From the NCBI RefSeq assembly GCF_009914755.1, contig NC_060933.1: DNA of 64,000 nt; one strand, 5' to 3'. The position numbers and the translations under genes were made by a program. Below, in pieces: positions 48,601 to 61,290 of this stretch; the first letter of the stretch is position 1; every line of letters starts with the position of its first letter. The notes under the pieces were generated by a model that searched no databases, was not told the DNA's origin, and saw only the letters and a program-made list of their open reading frames with translations. This DNA comes from the human T2T-CHM13v2.0 reference genome, Homo sapiens.

Positions 48601-49123
48601 CCTACTTTCCCCCTGTGACACACCTGATATAGGATTGTGTAGATTCTCAAACACATCGGGTTATATTATCTCCTGCTGAAAACACTTGGCTGGTTCTATC
48701 TAAATAAAGCCTTCAAACCTTCCTAAGGCTGAGTTTCCTTCCACTTTGTTGGAGCAAGTCAAGAGAAAACCAGGAGAACATGCCTAGTCTCCTTTCTCTG
48801 AGCCTTCACGCTAAACCTCGGGCAAATAGTGAGAGCCAGTCCTGGTCCCTCACCTCCCTTCCCCACCTCCTCTTTTGGCATCTGTCTCTTAAAGGCATAA
48901 CTTTTACAGTCTATCTCGAAGAGGTCCCTTATCTGGTGTCCTTAGAGCATGCTGCCTGTACCTGTATACTTATTCTTCCTTGATACTGTTCTCACTTGAA
49001 GGATTAGCAGAGTAGACAAGTTTAAGCTCTTGGGGGCAAGGACTCAGGTCTTCAACATGTAGAACAAGGCTTTATATATACTAGGCACCGGAATACCCAT
49101 TTTAATGGTATTTTTTTTCCTGA

Positions 49124-49429
<306 letters not shown>

Positions 49430-50123
49430 TAGAACTGACTTTAACCCATTTCAACATTAAATGAGTTTATAGGAGACTAAAGTGTCAACATACCTTACAC
49501 TAATTTGTACCTAGTCCCTTAACAGCACTGAGCTAGCCAACTTGCAGGTAATTAAATGAGGCCTTAACATTTTTCCTCAAAAGGAGGAGGACAGAAATTA
49601 TGCTTAAGGAAGGCCATGGTTACAGAAACCTCATTGCCTCAGTGGGTGACGCTACCCTAAAATAACACTTAGGCTGAATTTGCATTTAGTCTTCTGTTCT
49701 TAACTTTTGATTAAGTGGCAAATTAAAGTCATTTGTGTGATCAAGGAGCTTGTATGGTGAGGCTGATGAGGTTTTTATTAGCGTAATTCATGGTCAGGCA
49801 GGGATTAGCTCAGTTTACCAAGAAATTAGTTGCAAGACAGTCTGGTATGCCTGGTATACCAGAGCATCTTGAGAACATTTCTCGTAGTTTCCAGGAACAT
49901 GGGATGTTGTTTAGAGGGATAAAATGTGGTTGTCCATCATTTTGAATTGTCAAATTCCAAACACCGACTGTCCTTCCCAAAGTTTCATGTATCTCTTTTT
50001 TGCATGAAGATTGCTATTTCAATGTTGACACATCAGCTGTACAACTTAGTTCAGCAGTGGTTTGTCTATTTTACCTGGTTTTAAAATAACCTTTTACATG
50101 GCTTGTCTGGACAAAACAGCTAG

Positions 50124-50282
<159 letters not shown>

Positions 50283-50606
50283 TAATCTCAACTAACAGCC
50301 ACACTCTTTGTATCTACAGCTTAAATAATTAATGCAGCCTTTAACTACTATTTCTGCCCCAATTGGTAACCTATATTTAAACACCAAAGACTTAAAACTT
50401 GCATATCTTTTCCTGACTGATCTTAAAGGTTTCTAGTAGAGAACTGTCAGTGAAATGGCTACTACAGCATGTGACTCAAATACTTCTAAGCCAGAGTTGT
50501 TCCTGGTGTTCAATTGTTGTAGATACTGAACATCAATATTGGATGCAAAGGTTTTGGCTCCTTACCTGATGGGTAAATTTCTAAGTCTGAATACAGATCC
50601 TTCTAA

Positions 50607-50717
<111 letters not shown>

Positions 50718-51527
50718 TAGATTTCCTACAAGTCTGGGTTCAAGAACTTCTTAGATACCAGATGAAGATTTTTTGTTCATCTGGAGCTACCCCTTTCATG
50801 GGCCTTTATGCTGTCTAGCATTTATGACACTGAATTACGTTCGCTTTCTCCCCCACATAATACACTAAATTAAGGCCCATATCTTTCTCTTCAGTTGTAC
50901 CTTTGGCACAGTAACTGGCAATGATAAGTGTTCAACGGTTAATGCTTTCTACTTCCGCACTGTTAACCTGGCTTATCCCCTTTTATAATAAGTCTCTTTA
51001 ACTAGTGTACTGTTCTGTTCCCCCTTTGAAATGTGTGTAATGCTTCATACAGAGGAGATGCACAAATGCTTAAATGCTAAGAGTTACAGGACTTGTTGAG
51101 GATAAATTAAAAGCAGTTAAGAATTTTCAAACCTATGGAAAAGGACCTCTAAACGAGACACGCAAATTCTAAGGACTTTGCTATAAAAACCTTTGTCCTA
51201 AATGAAGAGACCCAAGCTTAGCTAACACGCCAGGACCACCTGAATAGCTCTCCAGAACCTTCTGCAATTTTAATTTGGTGAGCCTAAGGTGGGACCGAGG
51301 ACCCTGCCCTTGCCTGGATGGATGTGGCTAGTCCAGCTCCAGTGCACAGAGCTACCTCTGGGCTGAACTTGTTTCAAGCTCCTGGCCCATGTGTATTCCA
51401 ACTTCTAGTTATCCTAGCTCCATAAAACATGGCATTTTTACTAATGTCAATTATTATGGATTCCTGAACGTTATTACCTTTCTTGTATGTTCCAATACTA
51501 GACTTAGCTCACTTAGCTACCCTCTGA

Positions 51528-51746
<219 letters not shown>

Positions 51747-52590
51747 TGAGACTTTTCAGAAAGGAGACCTGGGTGAGAGAGAGAGAGCCATTAGGATGAT
51801 GGAGTTACCAAACACTTCATCTGCTACCTGGCTATTAGACAGACAGTATAGCCTGTTAGAACATAAGTCACTCAGTTGATCAGCATCTAACCCTCACCAA
51901 CTGACAAGTGGGTCAACTTAAAGTCACCACTATATTAAGATATTTTTGGTTATAGAAATGACATGTAAATACTAGCATGAACCAAGTAGCTCATTACTGA
52001 ACTATTAAATCCATTGCCTACTGGATATTTGAAAGTAAATTAGCATATCATATATAGGGGAGTTGGCTTAAAGTCAGTGTATTGAGTAAGATTCACTTAG
52101 CCAAAATTATTATATGCTTTGCTTTAAAAAGGTATCCCACCGCCCTTAGTATAGCTAGCTTTTCTTCCAGCAATAGTCACTCACTTGTTCTTCAGATGAA
52201 ACCCAAGTGGAGTATTTGGCCTTCACGTAGGAAACAGGCTGAACAAAACAAGTATTGATCACTCCCCTCTCAAACTCCGGTGAAACATGGAACAGTGGTC
52301 AATTCTTGACACACACATGGCTTTTCACATTTTTCCCCAAGACTTATGATCATTAAGTAGAAAAGACAGAATTAGTCACACTATCTTATCTCACTACCAA
52401 GCAGGTATAGTTGAATTCAAGTTAAATGCATGAATGATACAACTCAGTATTCTTTTGTATCTGACTGACTTTTCTTCTAAGCACTCTGAGTGTTTGAATG
52501 ACCAACTCAAAAGCAAGGTCCATTTTAAAGACTAGAGTTGCCATCAGTGAGTGATCACCAAGCTCATTCTATACTTCTTCTTTTCCACAG

Positions 52591-52626
52591 ATATCAGTTG
52601 TAAGCACAGATGATGATCTAGCTTGA
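52591..52626 (+). CDS. VLDLR: VLDLR exon 19 coding part (ISVVSTDDDLA*)
   Basis: ccacag| acceptor, TGA at 52624-52626; summed exon lengths = 2622 nt = 873 aa + stop. Confidence 0.99.
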   Translation: MSVVSTDDDLA

Positions 52627-53219
52627 CTTCTGTGACAAATGTTGACCTTTGAGGTCTAAACAAATAATACCCCCGTCGGAATGGTAACCGAGCCAGCAGC
52701 TGAAGTCTCTTTTTCTTCCTCTCGGCTGGAAGAACATCAAGATACCTTTGCGTGGATCAAGCTTGTGTACTTGACCGTTTTTATATTACTTTTGTAAATA
52801 TTCTTGTCCACATTCTACTTCAGCTTTGGATGTGGTTACCGAGTATCTGTAACCCTTGAATTTCTAGACAGTATTGCCACCTCTGGCCAAATATGCACTT
52901 TCCCTAGAAAGCCATATTCCAGCAGTGAAACTTGTGCTATAGTGTATACCACCTGTACATACATTGTATAGGCCATCTGTAAATATCCCAGAGAACAATC
53001 ACTATTCTTAAGCACTTTGAAAATATTTCTATGTAAATTATTGTAAACTTTTTCAATGGTTGGGACAATGGCAATAGGACAAAACGGGTTACTAAGATGA
53101 AATTGCCAAAAAAATTTATAAACTAATTTTGTACGTATGAATGATATCTTTGACCTCAATGGAGGTTTGCAAAGACTGAGTGTTCAAACTACTGTACATT
53201 TTTTTTCAAGTGCTAAAAA

Positions 53220-53225
53220 ATTAAA
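53220..53225 (+). terminator. Proximal poly(A) signal ATTAAA of VLDLR
   Basis: ATTAAA ~600 nt after the stop, upstream TGTA motifs, downstream GGTTTGTG. Confidence 0.7.
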
Positions 53226-53721
53226 CCAAGCAGCTTAACCATGGTTTGTGCCTGTTCCTCTAGGATGAACTCCTATCCTGAGTAGTACCAAGTGTTCTAA
53301 CTAAATGTGTGAGCTGTAGTTCTTGATGTTGTATAACTAAGCCTGTAATTGGGCTGGTTTCTCTTACACCCTAGCACAGTTAAAAAATGAAGTACTGTTT
53401 AACATTTGCTCCCGAAATATTTCTTACTGTGTAAAAGAAGCTAGCTTAGTCTGTACCTAGAATTCCTCTTGGTTAGAGGAGTGAGTTTCTTTTTTTTCCA
53501 TTAACTTGTTTCCTGATCGAGAAACACGTGCTAAGATTTCTATGAATTCTGCTTCTTTATAGTTAAGTCTCTGTTTTCCATGTTCTGTCATTTATATAGG
53601 TCAAGGACAAGTGCCTTCTAAGGCATGGATAAGGGCTTTCTTCTTATGAAAGTCTAGACTGTCTTACTGTGAAGATGGCCAGGGAGGATAGCAAGCAATG
53701 GCATTCTTGAACAGTCTAAGG

Positions 53722-53903
53722 CAGGTTTCTCAGTGTGGTCCTGAGAACAGAAGCATCTGCATCACCTGGGAATGTATTAGAAATGCAAGTTCCCAGCCCC
53801 ATCCCAGACCTACTGAATCAGAAACTCTGGGGGCGAGGGCTGAAACCTGCTTTCATAAGCCCTTCAGGCGATACTGATGTAAACTAAAGCTTAAAAACCA
53901 CCG
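53722..53903. mobile_element. MER5A in the extended 3'UTR region
   Basis: catctgcatcacctggg...ttagaaatgcaag...cagacctactgaatcagaaactctggg. Confidence 0.8.
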
Positions 53904-54951
53904 TTTTACTGTGACTTCATGAAGAATATAATTGCAATATCACCTAAATTTTTATCCTGGCTGGGATGGGGCAGATTCTTACTATGGACAATTTCTGGAA
54001 CTTACAGTATGAAGAGCAGATGAGGAGTTTGAGACAAAGAAAAAATTGTACAGGGAGTTTAGTGAATTTTCCATCAGGTTGGCCATTACTTTCTTTCTCT
54101 AAAGTCTCAGGATGTCTGGAAGCAAGGAAAGACAAAAGACTTGAAGCACCGGGTGCATGCTGTGTGTCACAAGTGAGGTGGAGAGTTGGCTGTGGAAGGT
54201 ACAGCAATTCCTCTGGAATTAAATGACCGACCAACACAGTACCAAGAGGATGAAGAGAAGATGTTTTGCGTTGCTACGTGAATCAGTGGATGACTCATAT
54301 TTCACTTGCATATGAAATATAAGGCAGTTAACATCTTGTTTGTGGCTTAAGCAAGGACATTAATCCTACTAGATGAAGGGGAAGTTGGTTCTGTTGTCTT
54401 AAGGGATGCCCCCTTGTGATTTTGGTCAACTGAATGAAAAAGAAAAGATAGCCTTGGACTTTTTTTTCATGGGAGGTTTGGAGGTCAAGCATGTAGAAGG
54501 AAAAGGCTGTAGTCATGAATATAGAACTGTCTGCTCTCCACCTTTTCCTCACTCTACATTTAGTCATCACACTGAACAGGATGTGGCCTGCTGACAGTGA
54601 GTAGCTGAAGTGCCTGTTTGGTAAGTAGGTTAGCATTCATCATGAACTCTGAAAGCCATTTCAGAGTTTGGCTGCTGCTCTGACCCTGCTGTGGTACAAA
54701 AAACATGGATTTTTTTTTTTTTAACTGGAGTAATACCAAATTCCCTTTAGAAGCTTGAAGTTTGATACTATTGCTTTCCCCATTATAAGGATTATACAGT
54801 ATTAATTAATTATAAGGCCCAAAGTTTGTTTTGGCAAATAAAGTATTATTCTCTATCATCATCTTTTGAATTCCTGTCCCTAGTATGTTCTTTCATGTTC
54901 TGGGTAAAATTTCCAACCCTCAAAGAGTCTAAAACGTCTCATTTTTTTTTA

Positions 54952-55224
<273 letters not shown>

Positions 55225-55700
55225 TTATATGACTAAACTACTAGTCAATACAGCTTGCAATAATAGTGCATGAATGATAACAGGCCTCGGCTTTATCACC
55301 CAAAAAATAACTTGAATTCTATGTGAAATGTGTTAGGATAAGTTTGCTCTGTCTCTAGAGTTCAATGTAGAAGATAATTAAGAGGTAAAATATGAAGCTT
55401 ATCATACACTAAAGGAGAATATTTGGAGTTAGATGAGCCTGTCACACAAAGTGAAAGTGGACCCTCCAGAAATTTTAGGAATTGCCACAAAGATTGATGA
55501 TAGATGAATAAACAGATTTGTGGCCTCTGGTAAAGAAATCCAGCCAAGTTCCTCTGTCCAAATTTTTAAGTGCCCTTTGCAAGCTAATCTATTTGGCAAA
55601 AAAATAGTCCCAGTTGTTCAACTAGCTCCCTTAAAACATTCTAGTAGGTGTTTTAAAGCCTAGGTATCGCTGCCTCTTTAGTTCTTGATGAATACAAGGC

Positions 55701-55728
<28 letters not shown>
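55701..55728 (+). repeat. Poly(A)28 tract
   Basis: Direct reading; no adjacent Alu/L1 body seen. Confidence 0.95.
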
Positions 55729-55732
<4 letters not shown>

Positions 55733-56336
55733 GGCTTTCACTTTGGCATTTGCTTCTGTTCCTTGTATCTGTGGAAGTCAAGTAGCCCTTCTCAAAAATG
55801 AGAAGCCAAGCTTTAAATAGCAAACTACAGGGTATTAAAAGACTAACTCTTCAGTTAAGAACACTGTAGAAATGGTAGACCAACTTAAAGTCTACCTTTT
55901 AACAATCTTTACCCCAAACCTAAAGATTCTAGGGGTCACTTATCTCTATTACGTAATCTAACTGGAATAATTTCCTAGAATTCTTACTAGTGAAATCTTA
56001 CCCAAGTAAAACAATTTATTATTTTGAATCCAAATGAAAGCTATACTGTTTGCTTTCAATGGTGGCAAAAACTTGCAAAAAGCAGATATACTTTTGCTAA
56101 TTTAAGTTGAAGTACTATGAATACAACCTGCTAATCTTGATCCCCAAATCTGAGCCCTTCAGTTTCATAATTGTTTTATCCTGAACGTAGTTGTGACATA
56201 GACATTTCTCAAAAGGGTCTGATACATCAAACTCCTAACAAGTAGGAGCAGCAACTAGCTAAAGAGTAGAAAGAAGCTTCCCTTATTGTGGGTGATGAGG
56301 CGGTGCCTAAAAACCACATATATATATAATCCCCTG

Positions 56337-56588
56337 GGTATTACATATTCTGCAAGCCCTGTTAGTGGGGAGATGGTAGTGGCAATAGCAGCGATAGTTG
56401 CGTCAGTGCTAACTGCTGCTGCTGCCCGTTCTGTTGGCGGCTGCTGGCCAAGTGTGCACACTTAGCCCTGGTTGAGGTGCATTGTCTGCTGTCGTCTGTT
56501 AAGCATCTAACCGGAGTGGGAGGGCACATCAAGCGATTTCACTCTCTTAAAGAAAAGGTTTTTAGGTATTTTTGGTATTATATAGTCT
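56337..56588. other. Templated mosaic insertion copied from the VLDLR upstream region, with 15-bp flanking direct repeats
   Basis: 56351-56447 matches 20072-20168 (direct); 56455-56574 matches reverse complement of 19337-19454; GGTATTACATATTCT / GGTATTATATAGTCT flanks. Confidence 0.93.
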
Positions 56589-58757
56589 CTAAGGCCAGAA
56601 GGGGCTTATAATGACTTCTCTTCTAGAATTGTAATACTAAAAAACTACTCGAGTAAATATCCTAACAAGTATGATTTTTCTTGGGAAAACTAAAAATTGT
56701 ACATCCATGCTTCAGCCATATCATGGGCCTAAACTATGAGAGTTCAGAAATATATAAAAGTACAAAAATCTTCAAAGGTACTTATTTCCAAATATGGAGG
56801 GAATGAATCTGAAGAGGGAACAATGGCGTTTTTCGAACTTATTTCTCTCTAATCCAGCCTGGAGGATTTTTAGCCGAAACAGTTGCATGTGAAGGATTAT
56901 CAGCCATCTTTGCATATCCCTTTCACATCTACCTTCACACAGGAAAGCTGAATGCATTTTACCAGTGAGGCTCTAGATATGAAACTTAGGGATCCATAGA
57001 TAAATAAGCTACTAACAAACTGATAACAGTGGTGTTCCATCTCTCTATCATGTCTCCTGAGTCCGTTTCACGTTTTTGAGCCTGGCTAATGAGAAAAAGA
57101 ACAAAGTAGGACCATGACCCAGTGTTCTCCTGTAAATCTCACTGTAAAAATCTCAATGCAAAAACACTGAGACAGGAGTGAGACCAGCTGCGGGTGGGGA
57201 GTTTGTGCTCCGCAGGTTACCTCATGGCATATCAAAAATGGCTTTTTTCTTCACTGCGCTCAAGGAAAAAGTCAGATGGGTGACAAGGTGGTTCTGTTTA
57301 GAAGCAGCAGGCAATGTAGTTAACAGCATAGACTTCCGTGTCTTGTGTGTGGTACCTTGGGCAAGTTACTAACTCCCTCTGTAAAGTAGAGACGATGGGG
57401 ACTGTCTCACTGTGACAAGGTAAGATTTAAGTGAGATGCACACAAAAAGCTCAGCACAGTGTCTGGCATCTAATATGTGCAGGGCAGATGTCACTACTGA
57501 ATATCACATCAATGCTAGGGCTGTATTTACTGTCACACACAGGCACCGGTAAGTGACTTTACCGGTGAAAGTCACAGGTACCTTTATCTATGATGAATGT
57601 AATGTGTTAGATGGTGACCGAAGTGTTCTCCACTACACCTGTCTGAAGAGATCTAAGTCTGATATTTAAGGAGTGATAGCATCTTGCATACTTAAGAAGG
57701 CTTAAAAGACTGCATGGTTTAAACCCTAGAAACATAAATGGAATGTTTCTGCCTCAGTTCTTTTGACTACCTCCTAGGACATGGAAACAAATATTTGGGA
57801 GCCTGCATAGTCTTTAGATGGCTGCCAAAGCACTTAAAATCTCCTTTAAATTCTTACCATATGCTTACTTTTGTACTAAGTAAGTGCTCCCAAGTCTTTT
57901 ACTTGCTCTTCACAGCAACCCTAATAGGTATCTCCATTTTACATAGGTAAAAACTGAGGCTACAAACAATCTATGGTTCCAAATCCTATGTGCTTACTGC
58001 CGTCTTCTCTTAGAAGGGGATGCAGTACTGTACAAAGATTGAGCTGGATGTCGCATTGCATGTTTGCTGAGTCCTCCTCATTGCTGATGTTAGGATCCTT
58101 CAACAGTTTCTCAGATGCCAGCTATGGCTGGCATCCAGTATGGTGGTGTAATGGAAGTGTACTACTAGCACTACTACATCAGGTCAGCACAGATTAACTC
58201 AGTTACGTGTTATACCTTCAAGACGCTAGACATTCCAGAATTATTTTCCTTGGCCATCCAAGTGAAGTAGAAGTAGATTGTTGGATTGCAAAGAAAATGA
58301 TAAAGATTCCCTAAAGGAATTTATAAGCAGGCAACTTCATTCCTATGTATAAGATATTGGGAGAAAACAAACTGTACCACAACAAATCTTAAGTTTCAAG
58401 GCTCTCCTATAGGGAGAAACATGGCCAAAAAGACAGGAAGAACTGTGGCTTGTAACTCAATGATGCTATAACTCCAGCACTGGATCTTAAGTATTCTGGA
58501 ATATACCAGATTGGTAGAACTACCAGACTTGGGTATTTCTCAGTTAACACACATGCAAGGAGGAAGAGAGTTTTTTTGAACAAAATGACTGGCTTTGACA
58601 AAACTATCTTGCTCTTTTTAAATGTCACTTGATACTAGAATGCGATTTAAAAGCATGTAATGCCTCAGGAGTCCGGCATATACAACCAAATTATCATGCT
58701 CAGGATCTTCAGAATTCTAAAGGCACATGTTAGAATGCAGAGTCCTGATGACCTGTC

Positions 58758-58798
58758 AATAAACTTTTTTTTACTAATGAACTGTACATTTAAATAAA
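58758..58798 (+). terminator. Distal poly(A) signals (AATAAA x2) defining a ~6.2-kb long 3'UTR
   Basis: AATAAA at 58758-58763 and 58793-58798, TGTA between them, U-rich downstream. Confidence 0.6.
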
Positions 58799-60634
58799 AG
58801 TTTATTTTTGGGATAATTGTGAGCCTTTCCTTTCTCTAGAGACCTTTTATAAAAGCTTTTACTCAAATCTTTTTCCTTTTCTCAACTGAATCACTGAAGA
58901 TGACTCAGTCACCCCTTTCTAGGAACAAGTAGGGCCACCCAGGTCTGGACACTTCAGGCTGAAAAACTGAGAGATGGTCCCTTTCTTGCCATATTTAGTA
59001 CAGTTAGTGCCTCACCATGGACAGCCAGTATATTATCCTCTCAAATTTCCCCTCTCTACCCTTCCCATGAAAAAGACAGAAGTCAAAGCTACTGTTACTT
59101 AGTTAGGAATGTTAGCCTAGCACTTCCTTCTTGTAGGTGACTGAGAACAGGCCACACCTGGCTAAAGGGGGGCATATCCCAGGGCGGCAGGACAGGAAAG
59201 GACATTACAAGTAAAATCATTTTGATGCTGTCTCCTCGTTAGTTCTTAGATGGTCTGTGTTGAAATTCGTTTATAAGGCTAAAACTTTTGTGAGTCGTAG
59301 ATATATTCCACCTAAAACTTTTCTAAGCAATGGCCCCAGTTGTTCGAATTAGTTGGGCACTAAACCTTGAAATTGACTCAGAGGATCCAAAAGAGTAGGA
59401 GAAAAATAAGTAAATCGAAGGAAAGAGAAACAGTCAAAAAAATATTTTAAAGCTCAACAGTGAGTCTGTAATAAGTGAGATATTGCATTTTGTTTGAGAT
59501 GTTGATCTCACCAGCTTTGCAGTGAGGTGGATACAAGTTTGGATGTTTTTCCACTACTTAATCAGCTGTGGCCACAAGTAAGTTGCTTACCATCCAAGCT
59601 TATGTCCTCTTCTGAAAATCACAACACCTACTTTCATAGTTCTCATAAAAGAGAGAGGCAACACGTGTAAAGTGCTTCATTCAAACAACAGCTCTTTCCC
59701 TCTCTAGCACCAAAAAATAAATAAATAAATAAATCATGATTCATCTTTTTTAAAGTAAAAATCCTTATGTCTATTCGGAGATCTGATTTTGATCTGTACT
59801 CTTGTATTAAAATTCCATTTGCAAGTATTCCTTGTTAAATCTCCCCTTGAAATGCTAGCATTTGGTGATCTTTTTTTACTCAAAAAAATTAAAATGATTA
59901 ATCATGCTGCACCTATTAGGTTTGCAGAAAGCCTCGTGTGTGACCCTCTGCTGATTAAAGAACACGGATGATTGGTTTAAGTTCACCAATTATTCAGAAA
60001 TGTATTTTTAATTAGTGGGGGTAAGAAGACAGACTATACCTCATACCACTCCAGAAGATATAGCACACTCTTTGGATTTATCAAACTCAGCAAATATGAT
60101 TGGCCCGCAATCTAGGAAATGTGAAATGCTAGATTTTAGGCATGAACATTTAATGTTATAGTGTTCAATTCAGAGGCATTTCTTGCCTACTGGTTTTGAG
60201 GGCAGAGAGTATATTTTATACCCTTAGTCATTGTTTATGTTGTCTTAAATTTACTCACTTACATGTGAGATTTGCTGATTTGTTCTTTAAAGATTTGTCC
60301 TTTAAAGTTTCAGGGAAATTTGCCTTTTGACCTGACCCCAAACAAGTAGCCCTGTGGTTTGCTAAGCAGGACTTCTAAATGCTGGAAGATAATTTTAAAT
60401 AACTAGATAGCAACTGGCATTCCTCCTCAGACCTCAAGGGACTTAAAGTAACAGTTTCTAAAAGGTTCCAGAACAGTTTTATAATTGGCACATCCTAGAA
60501 GAAACATCAGTTACGGGGAAGCACACACATTTCTTAAACTTTTAACAAAATTGAGGAAGGATATATGGATCAGCCACATCAGAAGGTATCCCTCCTTATA
60601 GCCGCACATAGACATCCCCTATATGTGCTGTCTT

Positions 60635-61290
60635 TACTTCATTCATTTGTTTAGTGCCTGCTATGTACCAGGTATTGTTCTGGATTCTGGGGAACCAGAG
60701 AGAACATGAGAGGCCAGAGCCCCATCCTTCATGGTGCTCATTCTAGCTGGGAGTTAGGCACTGAACAGACATTTATATGTTAGGCAGTGATAAAATCTAT
60801 AAAGATAAACAAAACAGAGTAAGGGACTAGAGAATAGCAGAATGTGCTATTTTAGATAAAGTGGTCAGGGAAGCTCTCCAAAGAGAGGATTTAGCAGACA
60901 ACCTGGTGGAAATGTGTTATGAGCCCACTGAGGCATAGTAAAGACTGAAGCCATGAATAATGAATAATGAATCCTGAGGCATGAGCATGCCTGATTCCTC
61001 TAAGAAGAAGCAAGGTGGCCTTGGTAGCAGGAGGTGGCAGAGGCAGAGTGGGAGGAGAGAAAGGAAGAGGACCAAGTGATGTCAATTTCAAGAGCTGTGG
61101 TTGGGACTCAGTTTTTTTTTAAGTGACAGAACTTTTTTAGTGGGCTTGGGGCGATAGAATGACATCCAGTTTTAAAAGGCTCACACTGGCTGCTTTGTCT
61201 GGAATGGGCGGCTGGGAGGCAAGGGTGAAAACGGAGATATATTAGAAGACTCTGGTAGTGGTCCTGGTAGATGGACACGATGTGAGCTAA
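60635..61290 (-). mobile_element. L2 fragment
   Basis: ttcattcatttgtttagtgcctgctatgtaccagg start; ttttaaaaggctcacactggctgct internal motif. Confidence 0.7.

Noticed and set aside
56255-56461. Minus-strand ORF similar to ORF 19988-20395, suggesting a duplicated peptide gene
   Set aside because: Similarity comes from the DNA insertion; both start at GTG, and the two 3-nt indels are repeat-unit slippages, so there is no evidence of coding selection
56574-56588. Classical poly(A)-primed L1 retrocopy for the 3'UTR insert
   Set aside because: No poly(A) tail and no TT/AAAA endonuclease consensus at the target; only a tailless/microhomology-primed or DNA template-switch model fits
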